Below, one piece after another: positions 44,757 through 57,919 of a DNA stretch of 64,000 nt. Every line of letters starts with the position of its first letter. Within the stretch, counting starts at the first letter, position 1. The DNA lies in NCBI RefSeq assembly GCF_009914755.1, contig NC_060926.1, one strand, 5' to 3'. The notes beneath the pieces are model-generated. The model saw nothing but the letters and a program-made list of their open reading frames with translations, was not told the origin of the DNA and searched no databases. A program made the translations under genes and the position numbers. Source of the stretch: the human T2T-CHM13v2.0 reference genome, Homo sapiens.

Positions 44757-45058
44757 ATTCATTTTATTTAGAGATAGGATCTTGCTTTGTTGCCCAGAAT
44801 GGAGTGCAGTGGTTCAATCATAACTCATTGCAGCCTCAAACTACTGGGCTCAAGTGATCCTCCTGCCTCAGATCCCAAGTAGCTGGGACTACAGGTGTGT
44901 GCCACCACTCTCAGCTAATTAAATTAGTTTGTCTGTGTGTGGAGTTGGGGATCTTGCTCTGTTGCCCAGGCTGGTCTCAGTCTCCTGGCCTCAAGCGATT
45001 CCCCCACCTCAGCATCCCAGAGTGTTGGGATTACAAGCATGAGCCATCATGCCCAAAC
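44757..45058 (-). mobile_element. AluJ
   Basis: AluJ-type motifs (ATCATAACTCATTGCAGCCTCAAACT..GGGCTCAAGTGATCCTCC); TSD AAAAATGTTTT on both sides. Confidence 0.92.
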
Positions 45059-46449
45059 AAAAATGTTTTCCCAGTAGTCTTCAAACTTTAGCAAAAATAT
45101 TACTTTTCATTATTATAAAATTATTTATAAAGATAGACTCTATTTTGCACATTATTAAGTGGTTGCTTTATCTCCCTTGGCAACTTGTTTCATTTAGCAT
45201 TACAAATGAATTTTTTAGTTTTGCATGATATTTATTTTTGTCATCACTAATTACCTACCTTTATTAATAAAGTACTTGCCTAAATTGTAGAGCAAGTCTT
45301 CTAGAATAATTTAACTTTTATCCTGTAAACCTTACCATAATTTTTAAAAATCAGTTTAATTAAATAATGATTAAGGAAATAAAAGAAAAATATTTTTAAA
45401 CCTGAATTTTTTAAGTAGTTCAAAAGTTTGGAGATAATTACAATCTACAAAATAAAGAAATGTGATAAGGTACAGGCCAATAATGCCTCAAACATGTCTG
45501 AAGTACAGCATCAAAGTTAATGGTTCAAGGAATCATGAATTAATGAGGAATGGTCATTTTATTGGACAAAGGTAAAATATATTTATAGAAACAAAATAGA
45601 ATAATTTTTAAAATGTTACTTATTAATTAGAATATTATAATAAAGAAACTAAATAAAAACTGAGATTTTGGAAGCTTTGTAACTCATAAAATTGCCATTA
45701 TATATTACAATATAGGTACTTCTAATTTGCAACTCAGAACATCTTAATATTTTGTTCAGAAATTAGAAGATAGTTAAAATTTTGAGGTCAGGTCTATCAG
45801 ATGTAGCAGCGAACCTACATCATCATCTAAGAGTCATGAAGCCGTCCTGATAGCTTTTCCAAGTAGTAAGCTAGCATTCCTCAAGGGGATTCTTTTCAAA
45901 GAGCAGCCATAATGTAGGCAATTCTTGCTAATTTAATGACCATCTACAAGCACTATAAGAGCATAATAATAAGGATGTCTTGAAGATGCCATTGTCATAA
46001 AAATACAGGTGTCTGTACATGAGACCTTTAATAAAACTTTTATTTTCTGTGACTGGCTTACTGATTTGCAAATTAGCTGTATTAAAAGTAATAATAATAT
46101 ATTTTAAAAAATACATAAATTGCTACAAATCAGTGAAACTGACTGTACATTAGAAGGCCTATGTCATATAGAACATATAACTAACATATGTTACTTAGTG
46201 TTTGCTTTGCCCCTCCACTCACCTACACAAGTCTGCTGCATTGCCGGTTCTTCCTTTTTCAAGAGCCTTCCCATGCCATAGACAGCTGGGCTGTGAAAGC
46301 TAAGGTGGGCTCTTGACTACAGATGCTAATAATCAGAATCAGGACTCTAAAGGTACAGGAATTTTATATATATATATAAAAGCAGGAGGGCAAATACTTG
46401 GAATTTGCCCAACTCATATTACAATCAAATACTGGAAAAAGAAGAGCTC

Positions 46450-46607
46450 AATTAAAAAATTATTAATATTTTAAACAAATATGTCATATATAATACATAT
46501 ATTATGTATTTAAATATGTAATATATTTAAATACGTAATATATGTATTATATATAAGTATGCAATACCTATTAAATAAATATGTAACATGTATTTTATAT
46601 ATATATA
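46450..46607. repeat. AT-rich low-complexity tract
   Basis: Degenerate TA/ATATGTA repeats. Confidence 0.75.
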
Positions 46608-46816
46608 TTTATGGTGATTAACCTATTTCTACTTTAATCTCATATATGACAGGCTGTGTCAGAGAAGAAATTTGTCTTTCAGGTAAAATTTACCGGACCA
46701 AAATTAGCCAAGTCCACACCCAGAGAATGGAATGGTAGACATAAAAATTCTGGTTCATGAGTTAGATTTAGTGCTCTGATGGAAATAGGAATTTGCCTCC
46801 CTAAAAGGGCAGATTA
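46608..46816 (-). repeat. Inverted-repeat arm 1 (partner 48947-49156)
   Basis: Reverse complement aligns by hand to 48947-49156: 10 mismatches in the inner 100 bp, ~75% identity in the outer ~110 bp. Confidence 0.92.
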
Positions 46817-47000
46817 TGCATTTATACATAATCTATTAATTAATTAATATATTATTAATATAATATACTTTATTATAAAATATAATATAATGTTGGTGTT
46901 ATTAATATAATTAATATACAGATTAATAATATATATTAATTTATATAAATACATTTGATATATATTGACTATATAATATGAAATAAATACATTTAAAATT
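46817..47000. repeat. AT-rich low-complexity tract
   Basis: TATTAATTAATTAATATATTATTAATATAATATA... almost pure A/T. Confidence 0.75.
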
Positions 47001-47149
47001 TTTTTAAATCATTTGTCAATATTTTATCATGAACTTTATATGATGTTGTGTTCTTTTGCACATTAGAAATTGGTGTTTAAACCCACCACCCCATCTCTCT
47101 TCATTCTAGTTTTATTCATATTTTGCCAAAAATCTAAGCTGTGCTATGC

Positions 47150-47620
47150 AAACTCTGATCCTGGACATAACCAGCATCCTGAATAGAAACATGCCTATAC
47201 CATTTGCCTGGCATTATATTCTGAATTTGTATACGATTTAATCAAACAGCGTTCATGGATTTTGGCAAGAACATGAGACTCCTGAGTCAGAGGTTAAGGA
47301 TTTTAATACTCATGGCCCAAAAAATAATACAAGCATCAGTATACTCTTCTCCATTTATTTTACTGCTATTTTAGGAGGTAATGTAGATGTCTCACATAGA
47401 TATCTACACACATATACACAGTGGGATATGTGATTAGGAACCTAGAGTTTAGGAACCTGAATCTTTTTTACTAGGCAATAAGCATTCCTGCACTTTGCTC
47501 TGAAGAGAAATGTTATTTCTATTTTCCAGTGCAGAAACTGCTCAGGAATATAGCAGTTAGTGCCTCACTTGGAAGACATGTAGAAAGTCAAGAAACTCAT
47601 GGAAAGTTGTTCCCCACCAA
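47150..47620 (-). mobile_element. ERVL LTR, MER74/MER54-family (tentative)
   Basis: AACATGAGACTCCTGAGTCAGAGGTTAAGGATTTTAATACTCA and GGAACCTGAATCTTTT..CACTTTGCTCTGAAGAGA. Confidence 0.55.
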
Positions 47621-48946
47621 GATGAATAATATATCATTATCTGAAAAAATATTAAATCCTTGCCAAATTCCTTCCTGTTTCATCACCACGACCAACCCCC
47701 TTCAACTTTTCTGTGAACTTCAATTAATAGATTAAGGGAAAATGTATTTGGCCAAATAGGCATTACAATGTTATGTGTAAGATTTTGTAGAAATTTCAAA
47801 AAAATATGAAAAAAATTGTAAAAGGGTACAAGAAAAATATGGCTGTTATGAAAACACTATAATATTTCATCTGCTAATGTGACGAAAAACTGCTGGCCAG
47901 GATTCTAGAAGATAAACAATTTCAAGAACTTTAACACTTAAAGTTGACTAGTGGTCAGCTGCTACAATTTATTTTTTAATTGTATGAAATAACATCAATA
48001 GAACTAAATTTATACATTAATGTTTATGTAAGTAAATATCTTATAATCTCTCATAATTTCTTCTTATATGTTTAATACTCTAAAACTTAAGTATTCATGT
48101 CAAAATTAGAAATAATATGCCCACATTTTAAGGGTTGTCATTTGTTTTTTTTTGAAAATTAGTGAAAGTTACGTGATGAATTGTCTACATTATATAAGAA
48201 ACAAACAGCACATTGAAAACATTAAAAAGTTAGGTGGTTCAAAACTTATTAATCCAATATTTGTAACAAAGTTAGTCTTAATTTTGGTGAGAAAAACCTA
48301 CTTTTGAATAAGTTCCTCATAGTAATTTGACAATTCTACCATAATAGAACCATTATATTATCATTTTTCTTATTCAGTTTTTTAAGGATTTGAAAGCGGT
48401 AGCATTAAAATTGAACTATCATGAAAAATCCTGGTGACAATCACAGAAAAATATAATCATACATAATAGTAAGTAAATGTTTGGGGTTTCTGTGTCTCTG
48501 AACTCCTATCAACGAAAGTAAATTAGAAATTAAAGGTGTTATTTAAACTTGTTAAGTAAGTTGGTGTGAAAACACAAGCTCTTAAAAACTCAAAAATTTC
48601 ACGTAATATTTTTATACTTTTGAGAGAAAGCAACTGATGCAAAAGCAAGGGCCAAAAGAGAATCAAGCATAATATCAGTATTATTAGGCTGCCTCTAAAA
48701 TAGTCTTCATTAACAAGACAAAATTATGAAATTGGATTTACTTTGTTTCAAAAGTTCTGCCATGAGATAAAGATATTTTCATTGTTTTGAAGTGTCTTTT
48801 CTCTTCTATCAGTTTAGATTAAGTTATCTGAGAAGCTTCTATTATTGAGAAAAAAATTGAAGAATGGGTATTAAAAGAAAATTCTACCATATTTGGCTCT
48901 TTTGTCACACACCTGCTCATGCACACTCTCCATTCTATATACTGGG

Positions 48947-49156
48947 TAATCTACCCTTTTAGGGAGACAAATCTCTAATTCCATCAGAGCACTAAAACTA
49001 ACTCATGAACCAGAATTTCTATGTCTATCATCCCATTCTTTGGGTGTAGATTAGGTTATTACTGACCTGGTACATTTTAAGCTAAAAGACACATTTCTTC
49101 CCTGACACAGCCACTAGTATGTGAGAGTGAAGTAGGACTAGGCTAACAACCATAAA
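48947..49156 (+). repeat. Inverted-repeat arm 2 (partner 46608-46816)
   Basis: TAATCTACCCTTTTAGGGAGACAAATCTCTAATTCCATCAGAGCACTAAAACTAACTCATGAACCAGAATTT...CCATAAA; appears to continue rightwards into MaLR-internal-like sequence. Confidence 0.92.
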
Positions 49157-49459
49157 AAATCATATTTGAAAAAGGACAATGAGAAACACATGGATTTACT
49201 GGTGTGTAATTATCATAACCCAATACCAGAAATAATAAAATTATCTACTCTGAGAGTGGGATAAGTTTCTTCATTAGCCCATCTAGCAAATACTTACTTT
49301 GCTTTATGAAAGAAATTCGTTTCTCATTTCTCTCCCCACTCTTGGTTCTGAACTTTAAGAGATTTGATCTTAATCATTTTTTTCTTGTTTTTTTTTTCAT
49401 GTCCAAACTGAAGTAATTCATATTCAAGATTCCCCATGATCCAGGAAAGCCACTGATGC

Positions 49460-49685
49460 TACAGCTATTTTCTTCACATTTCATATAAGAAGAAGGAGTA
49501 AAATTGGGAATTCCAGCGAAATGACATCTGCTTACATCTGTTGGCCATCTCTAGCTGCCAAGGAGACTGAAAAATATAGGGTTTTTTTGGCCAAGTATGT
49601 TGTTTATCAGCACAAAATTATGGTGCTGCAAGTAAAATTGAATGGAAACATAAATATTGGCACAGTAACTAGTAATCTATGAAAC
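49460..49685 (-). mobile_element. Old MLT1 LTR fragment
   Basis: GGCCATCTCTAGCTGCCAAGGAGACTGAAAAATATAG...AATATTGGCACAGTAACTAGTAATCT. Confidence 0.55.
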
Positions 49686-49874
49686 AAAGCATAACATCAA
49701 ATTAATCCTCTTTCTGCAACTGTGGTGTTCTCTTCCCATTTCCTGGTGAAGCCTTGGTAGCACCATCCACTCAATGAGCAACAGAAATCTGACAGTAATT
49801 TTTGATATGTATTTTTCTCTCTCACCTCATATCCAATCATGAAAATATTCTCAGAATTCTCTCTCTTTTTATAA

Positions 49875-49978
49875 TGTCAGCCAGATCATGTGCTGATAGC
49901 ATAAGAAGGTTTGAGGAAGGCATGTCTCACACATGAGTCTGAAAACCTAATCATCACACTTGTGAACCACAAAAAGAT
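49875..49978 (-). pseudogene. U13 (SNORD13) box C/D snoRNA retrocopy
   Basis: Minus strand reads ATCTTTTTGTGGTTCACAAGTGTGATGATTAGGTTTTCAGACTCATGTGTGAGACATGCCTTCCTCAAACCTTCTTATGCTATCAGCACATGATCTGGCTGACA (104 nt), collinear with U13; short A-rich tail; TSD TCTCAG(A/G)AT(T/G)CT at 49849-49860 and 49980-49991. Confidence 0.88.
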
Positions 49979-50504
49979 CTCTCAGGATGCTTAACTACCT
50001 TCAACTTGGGTCCTTTAACTGCATGACACTCTAGCTCCAGCTACATGTTTTTTTCCTTGCACTTTCAATCCAAAACATTAAAACCTATCAGATATATTCA
50101 TGATCAGTTTCTCATTAGTTTCTTGATCCTTTGCAATTTGTTTTCTATTGCTTTTCTCCAGTCTGCACACCCCTTAAAAAGGTATTCAAGGACATCGACT
50201 TGCTAAATCAAGTAAAACTTCCAATTTTCATTTTATTCATTCTCACTGAAGCTTAAGGCTCTATTGCTCACCTCCTACCATCTTGAACCTCTTTTATCCT
50301 TTTGACTCCACTTTTACCATCCATTCTTTCTTCCTTCCTATAACTTTATAGGAACTCCTCTTTCTCTTCTATGTCAATTAACTCACCTGTATTTAGGATA
50401 CTATTTATTATTATTGCCTTAGAAACTATAAATAATCATCTCTCTTCTTTATATTTGACCACTTTATATAAAATAGGTTAATCCCAACGATATTCAAATA
50501 TCCT

Positions 50505-51059
50505 GTATTAAGCAGAGTGGCTCTCAAAAGATGTCCATGCCTTGATCCCTAGAATGTATGTGTACATTAGATAAACTAGAATGGATTTTCCAATGTAAAT
50601 AAGGTTATAGATCTTAAAATAAGATGATTATATTGTATTATCTGGTTGGCCCAGTCTAATCACATAAATCCTTAAAGGAAAGGAAGGAGTGTAGTGGAAT
50701 AAAACAATGGAGTTTAGAAGTGTAAAAGAGATTTGACCTGGACGACCTGGAAGGGCTAAATGGAAAGCATGCGAAGAAATGAAGACAACCCCTGGGAGCA
50801 AAAATTTGCTCCCAGCTGACAGAAAGGAAGTGAGAACCTGAGTCCTACAACCTCGAGGAACAAAATTCAGCCAATACCCTGAATATGCTAAGAAGCGGAT
50901 ATTTCCTTAGAGGCTCCAGCAGGGAAAGCAGCCTTGCAAAAACTTAATTTCTGCCTCTCAGAGTTTTGACTTACAGATACTTTGTAATAATAAATTTATG
51001 TTGTTTTGAGCTGCTCAGTTTGTGGTAATTTGTCATGGCAATAATATAAAATTAACACA
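50505..51059 (+). mobile_element. MLT1D/E-type MaLR solo LTR
   Basis: AAAGATGTCCATGCCTTGATCCCTAGAA..GATTATATTGTATTATCTGGTTGGCCCAGTCTAATCACA..AATAAATTTATGTTGTTTTGAGCTGCTCAGTTTGTGGTAATTTGT. Confidence 0.8.
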
Positions 51060-51824
51060 CACAAAAAATACCTTATCATCTTAACACAAATAAAGGAAAT
51101 TCTGGGTATTTGGAGCCTTAACATGGCTCTCCTCCACTCCCCAGCCAGACTTAGGTTATTTGCCTCTCCTGAGCCCAGTGGCTGCTGACACTTGCAGGCT
51201 ATTAGGAGAGACTAGGCCTCAAGATTTGTGGAGGTCCCTTTAAAGAGTGATATAGGGGACAAGAAATTTCCTGCAATAAGGCTAAAAAGTCCAGAGGCTT
51301 TAATGGAAGAAAAAGCCTCCTGCCAGGAGCTGTTTGTGGGGGAATTAGTGAAATCTGGGCATAATGCCATAGCCTTCTGTGAGTGCCAGAATGCCAGAAA
51401 GATACTAAAAGTGCAAGCTGGGTCTCTCCAAAATGCCAAGGGGAAAAAAGCATGTTTGTCTTCTTTACATATAAAATAGGAAAGTATACAAAGACCCACA
51501 AGGGGAAAGATCTACTGCAACGGCCTTAAGCAGAAACTAACACTTTGCCCTTAGTTCATAGATGCACAGTGTGCCCAGTCCTTTTGATTTTGTCTGACAT
51601 TTAGACATGAGTCCCAATATATCCAATAATTAAGTGCATAAATGAATGTATAAAAATGCGTAAATAAATGCATAAAAATCTGCTCTTTTGATAGGCTCCC
51701 CACATAGATAAAAAAGGGTCAGATTGAATAATCAAAACACATTACCCATTAATGCAGAATTAGTAGGGAGAAGTGACCAAATCTTGGAATAAAAAAAAAA
51801 CCAAATACTCAAGCACTTGAAAGT

Positions 51825-52154
51825 TATTTATTTTTAATTTTTAATGTTTATTTATTATTTATTTTAGAAACAGGGTTTTGCTTTTTTACCCAGGCTGGAG
51901 TGTAGTGGCATGATTTTGGCTCACTGTAGCCTCAACCTCCTGGGCTCAAGTGATCCTTCTGCCTCAGCCTCCTGAGTAGCTAGGATGACAGATGCATGGC
52001 ACCATGCCTGGCTATTTTTTAGCTTTTAGTTTTTTGTAGAGATGGGGTCTTGCCATATTGCCTAGGCTGGTCTTGAACTCTTGGCCTTAAGCAATCCTCC
52101 TGTCTCAGACTCTGAAAGTGTTGGGATTAAGGGTGTAAGACACTGCACCTGGCC
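51825..52154 (-). mobile_element. AluJ with extended AT-rich tail
   Basis: Complete antisense dimer with AluJ-type motifs; AAAGTT on both flanks. Confidence 0.9.
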
Positions 52155-52809
52155 AAAAGTTCTAACTGCAACATTATAAAGTGCTCTGGGAGCATGGCAG
52201 CACACTAGTCAAATTCAGAAAATTCAGTTTATGAATTAAAGGAGAGTATGATCAAGATTGAATGCTGAATTAAATAATATAGAAGATCAGATGCAATAAA
52301 TATCTCAAAGAACATACACGTAAAGTAAACAAAAGCTGTAACACTTACGCAATAGATCCATGAGGCTGAATGTGACTAATAAGTTCTGATGGAGAAAAGG
52401 GAACAGGAGGAAAAGAGTAAGCAAACAATACAAGAAAATTGCTTTGAGCTAAGAGGTCTGAATTTGCAGGTCTAAAGTTTCTAACTGTAGTGACTTAGAC
52501 AAGTACAGTGTTTATTTTTCTCACATTGGAAGATGTCAGATTTTTAATCCAGGCCTGGAATGGTGACACAACCGTATCATGGGGTATCCAGAATCTTCCT
52601 ACCTTTCAGCTCTCTAACCTTAGTATGTCATTTGTCTTCATGCTCCTAAGATGGACTGACCGCATCAGAACTTCCTACCAATTGTGAATAGTGAATGCCA
52701 AGAGCTTTCACCACATGAAGTTTTATCTTTAAAATGGGAAGTGGAATATTCTACTAAGACCACATTTACTTCACAATTGTTAGAATGATAATAAATACTC
52801 TTTATAAAT

Positions 52810-53240
52810 ATTCACAGTACTGCCTGCAATAAATAACATAAAACCTGAAATCTCAATAATTTATATCAACAAACATTTATTTCTCACTGATATTAAATGT
52901 TGGTGTCTGTTTCTTTGCTGCACATTTCTTTTTCACTTGTATCAGGCAAGAGGAGCAAACCATATTTGGTTTTTAACCAAATGCTGTATCCGAGGCAGAG
53001 AGAAAATATCAAGTGTTGGAAACTTCCAGTGTTCCTTAAAGCTTCTGCTTAGATGTAACATACATCACTCATGTTCACAGTCTATGGATCAAGGCAAGTC
53101 ACATGGACAAACCTGATAATTAAGAAATAAGTATATTTTGTCTGCAAGGAGTTGTTCTCTGTCACATTGCAATGCATACAGATGTCTAATCCTCTCAGAG
53201 GAAATGAAATAAATATTTGGAAAATAATTCTCCCCATCAG
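52810..53240 (-). mobile_element. Old MLT1 (K/L-like) LTR
   Basis: CAACAAACATTTATTTCTCAC..TTAAAGCTTCTGCTTAGA..AAGGCAAGTCACATGGACAAACCTGA. Confidence 0.55.
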
Positions 53241-53259
53241 TATAAATCAATAATTAGAA

Positions 53260-53470
53260 GACAATTTAGTACAGTATATAATACATGAGCTTTGAGGTCA
53301 AACAAACTTGATTCAATTCTGGCTCTGTTGATTACACGTTGTTTCTAAGCCTTTGACTTCTTACTGGCAAAATATGTTAATATCTATGACAAATGCTCTA
53401 TTATAAAACATTTATGCCTTAAGTTCCTTTGAAAATGACTGGCACATAGTTACTGCATAACAATTTCTTA
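53260..53470 (+). mobile_element. MIR
   Basis: GAGCTTTGAGGTCAAACAAACTTGATTCAATTCTGGCTCTG ... CTGGCACATAGT. Confidence 0.65.
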
Positions 53471-56400
53471 TCATATCTTAGACTATATAAACATAATCTT
53501 ATTTTTCAATGGTAATATCAACCAACTTGCTGATAAGTTCGTGGTATATATATATATGAACATACTAATTATCTGGATTTTCATGGTACATCTTGTTTAG
53601 ACAGAAAGGGTTAAAGTTTTGGCATTTGTATAGGGGATTAGACCTTTAGTAAACTAAATAGTAGTGTAAACAAGTCATGTTAAATTCGAATAGCTGAATA
53701 TGCAATCATATTTGGCCTTAAACAACCATATATACTTTATGAATTTTCATTAAATGACTTTTGTTCAAGAATGTAAAGACTGATTGCTATTTTTCAGATT
53801 GTGAACAGTTAAGTATATATACGTATATCTAGTCATTCTCGGATCTTGCAGAAGATATCCAAAACATATTTATAAATTTAAGAATAAAAGGTACTATTGA
53901 TTATTCAGGATTTCAGCCTATTTATTCATCTCTATGGTAACAATCTTGTATAGTTTTCCAAATTACTCAAACAACTATTGACAAAAATGAGATGAGATTA
54001 AGTTTTGTGTCTTCTGATTTTGGAAAGGAACTGGGCTATTGATTTATGCTCTTTTAAATTTCTTTCTTTATTGATTAGTCCATTTTTCCTTAGCTCAGTT
54101 TTTTCACGTGGTTTGTTTAATTGACAAGGAAGTTTCAAGAAAGCATAATGAGATTAAATTAAATCTTTGTTCGGCAATCTTCTCATTATCTTTAATTTTG
54201 CACTCCCTGATACAAATTTTTTTATTCTCCTATTTTTGCAATTCATTAGACTCCCAAAAGCTTTCCCTTTCCTTTATCAGTATCATGGTTTAAAATTCCA
54301 GATGTATGCAGTACTAAATAACTATTTAAGGATATTCAGCTCATCATATTAGCACTGAAGTAAAATATGGCATTTTTTTCTGAAAATGCAAATATCTCAA
54401 CTATTTAGAGACTAACTTGTGGATGTGTTTATAATATACATTATAGACACTTTTTAAAAAAAATTATTTTGGCATAACAAAGCAGATTTCACATTCCAAT
54501 GACTGTCCCAAGGATCACAAGGTAGCTATTGCATTTGACTGTTAAGCGCATTTTTTAAAATCCCATTTTCCCTCTTCTAATCAGAGGTCCAGCCCTCTGA
54601 CTCTATGTATAGATGTGTATTTTAGATTCAGATACTTGTAGTATCTCATTCTTTGGAATATAATGAATGCTCTAAAGGTAGGCCTCAGATTCAAGCAAGA
54701 CCAGAGTCTGTTTCTCTAGGATTGCTATGTAGACATTGGAAAGAGAAACTCTATTTCTGCTAAAATGGCCATGTAAGAGATGTGTGTCTGAAACCTTTGG
54801 TAACTGACTAGATCCTGGTTCCAGTCTTGAGGCTCTGGAACTTGCAGCACTTCTTTAGATCTTGTAGCTACCATGAGATCCTCCCAACCAAGAGAACCAG
54901 TGTATCTCTCTTTACTACATATGTTAACCAAGTCTCTGTCATTTATAATAGCCCAGATGGTCATTTTTAAAGTAAATAATAGGGGTTCTTACTTTGATAA
55001 ATTATTAATTAAATATAAGTTTCCAGAACATTAAGAATCTTTTCTGCCCTTGATAAATTGAGAGTTATTGTCTCAAAGACCTGGTTCAGGTCAAGAAAAG
55101 ATGAGTTGATGTTACATGACTCTGTTGTGTTTTACCTTGCAAGTGGAGAGGAAGGGAGGCTACACCTGCATAGTTTCTGAACTTGTTAAAAATATTTTAT
55201 TTTTCAACTGGAAAGAAGAAAAGTAATACAGTAAATCTGTGTCATAAATTAACTTATATTGATGCAAATAGAACTGTCTCTCTGCTCCTTCTTCATATTC
55301 AACAATAAATAAGAGAAAGGGAAGGAGGGAGGGAAGGATAAAGAAAGAGAAGAACTTTTTTATTTGTGTGTGCATGTGTGTGAGGCCAAGTAAAATCAAA
55401 TCCAGAAAGATGAAAGAATATGGTTAAGGTAATTTTACAAATCTTGAACTTTTTATCCTACTGTTCTTTCTTTTCTACTTCCTCCTTTTTGTTTATGTGA
55501 TTAAAATATAATCTAATGCTTATTTAAATACATTACTATGCAAGGTTTTTTTTATCACTTAAACTGATGATATCACTTAAACATTAAGATATTATCAAGG
55601 GTAATAATTTTGACTCCACCTTATGATTTAATTGTAGAATCTAAATCTTATGTAACTATGACTCCCTTATTTTGAAAGCTGTTTCAGCTTTCCAAGTGCA
55701 TGTTAAAAGAAAGCATGGAGAAGCAAAGGAGTGGGAAGCAAAAAACACAGGAAAAAACATTAGGTTTTGACTGAGTTTAGACACATTTTTAAAAAGCATT
55801 GCAAACTCAATGCCAAAAGACTTGGTGTGAGCTCTCACGTCCCAGAGTAGTAGAAAGACACCTCACAATGAATTCATCGAGGAATACTTAGTTATGACAA
55901 ACCATTTTAGGGATTCATTATTAATTAATACGTGTTCACATTGAAGAAGAAATTGTTATCCTTGCCCCCAACATGTTTGTTTACCAGAGAATGGGATGAG
56001 CGAGTAGCTTTTTTAGGTGTTGTATTGCTCAAAAGTTGCCAATTAATAACTTGTTCTGATATCTAAAAAAAAAAAAATAGCAGAAACAGGTTTGGATAAA
56101 GCTTCCGGTAAAATATAAAGATGAGTAATAATCTAGTATATTTTTTAACATATTACAGAAAATCTCAAACACTCGCTAGAGAAGATAGTAAAACAAACCC
56201 TTATGACAACATCATACAACTTCAACAATTATGTGCCTTGAGCCAGGAAAAGGAGAGAGTCAGAAAAATACAGCATCTAACAATTAGGAGGTGTGGTTGG
56301 TGTTTTGAACAGAAAGAATAAAACCAAGATTTTACCTCATGATCAGTTCTAATAGACTTAATGAGAATCACAATAACTAGAGACTGTTTGATCCATATTC

Positions 56401-57219
56401 CGGACTATTCTTGAGCCAGGTAAAGAGTTAAGATCAAGATAAGAGTAGAGACTGATCAGATTTTTAGGCATGATGCTCTATGCTATGGAAAACAGTCAAT
56501 CAACCATTTAAGACTAAGGGATCTAATTCATATTATTTTTTAACTCTGACTTTAGATGCAAACCATTTCATTGTGAAAGTTACCAGCAGGGAAGAGAGTA
56601 AACCAGAAATAGCAACAGGAACTCAGAGAACACCAGTTATTAATTACAGAATATCATAGGAAAGGGATCAGAACAGTACAAATGAGAATGCCATTTCCAA
56701 GGTTTTTTTCATTCTCTAGGATTCTTTCAGACGTTTTCTTTCCTTTTTTATTCAAACTTGAATTGCAACTTTGAATTGTATTAGAGAATCTGGGCTATAA
56801 AAAGATTTTGCTTAAACTCATTAAATGGTAAAACTGCTTATATGCTTGTATCTTTGCCAATTTTCAATCTGAAGGACTAAAAGCATGTTTTTAGCTATGA
56901 AAAATGAGTAAGATTACTGATTGGAATTTGGTCACATCATTTTTTGACTTAGAAAGAGTCTGCGAATAGCATCAAAATGAACAATAAATGCCTACCCTAA
57001 GGCTTTCTCTGTTCAATACTTCTTGCTCATGACTGTTCTGTTCAAGTTGTAGAATAATAAAGCTTAGAGAATGTTCTGCTTTGAGTAAGCTAAGATTCCA
57101 TAAACAGCTTTATATTGGCGTAAAGACACAACTAGGAATTAAATGTATTTAGCCCCCTGGATAGTCCTTTGCTAAATTAGATCTTCATGTCATTTCTATA
57201 TTTTATAATTTTTAAAATA

Positions 57220-57480
57220 ATAATGTTTTACCATTTATTAAGGATCTGTATACATATGTAGGCCAGGCACTATTCCAAATGATTTATATTTAATGACTTA
57301 TTCAATACTCACACCAATCCTTTCAGAAGTAAAATATTATTAGCTTCCTTCTTTGTACTGATAATGAAAGATTTCTGAGGCACAGAAATGTTAAGTATTT
57401 TTCCCAGAGCACAGAATTAGTAAGTAGCTGAGCAGGGATTCAAATTCAGCAAGTCTGTTTCCAGGCCCTAACCATTAACC
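57220..57480 (-). mobile_element. MIR, near full length
   Basis: CCATTTATT..GCCAGGCACT..CTGAGGCACAGAAATGTTAAGT..CAGGGATTCAAATTCAG. Confidence 0.8.
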
Positions 57481-57919
57481 TAGACAAACAAAAAGCAGCA
57501 ACACAAAAATAAACAGACAATCAAAAGTTTAAAACATTTTCAGTTGATAGATATTTATAAATACATCCACTGGCTTCTATTGTTCCCAAATTCAAAGTAG
57601 TAAGAAAGGGAGCCAAAATTTGCAAATGCAAACATTTATGGCCTTTTCCATTTCAGTAATGATGGTAACACTTTGTTTTAGGGTTTACACAAGATGATTT
57701 TTTTAAAAAAACTGTAAGGATAAGACTAGAAAGGTCAAAATAAATAAATAAATAAAAATTCAAACAAATTTTTATCTGATTTCTTCAAAACACATGAATG
57801 TTTTCAGATTTTTGAAAACGCTTTTTGGGGAAATAAAAGCACTAGAATCAGAATCAAAGTTGAATATGTTAGCAGAAGAAAGGCAAAGGAAGACCTATAC
57901 ATTTGTATAGAATGGTGGC

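Noticed and set aside
47650-48720. Possible decayed hAT transposon internal sequence
   Set aside because: No terminal repeats, TSD or translatable motif could be identified by eye.
46608-49156. Long terminal inverted repeats of a MULE- or foldback-like DNA transposon
   Set aside because: No outer TSD, no transposase ORF in the spacer, and arm 2 seems to continue into MaLR-like sequence; kept as a local inverted duplication.
51202-51501. Three overlapping 83-99 aa ORFs on both strands
   Set aside because: No recognisable homology and no convincing splice signals; compatible with chance.
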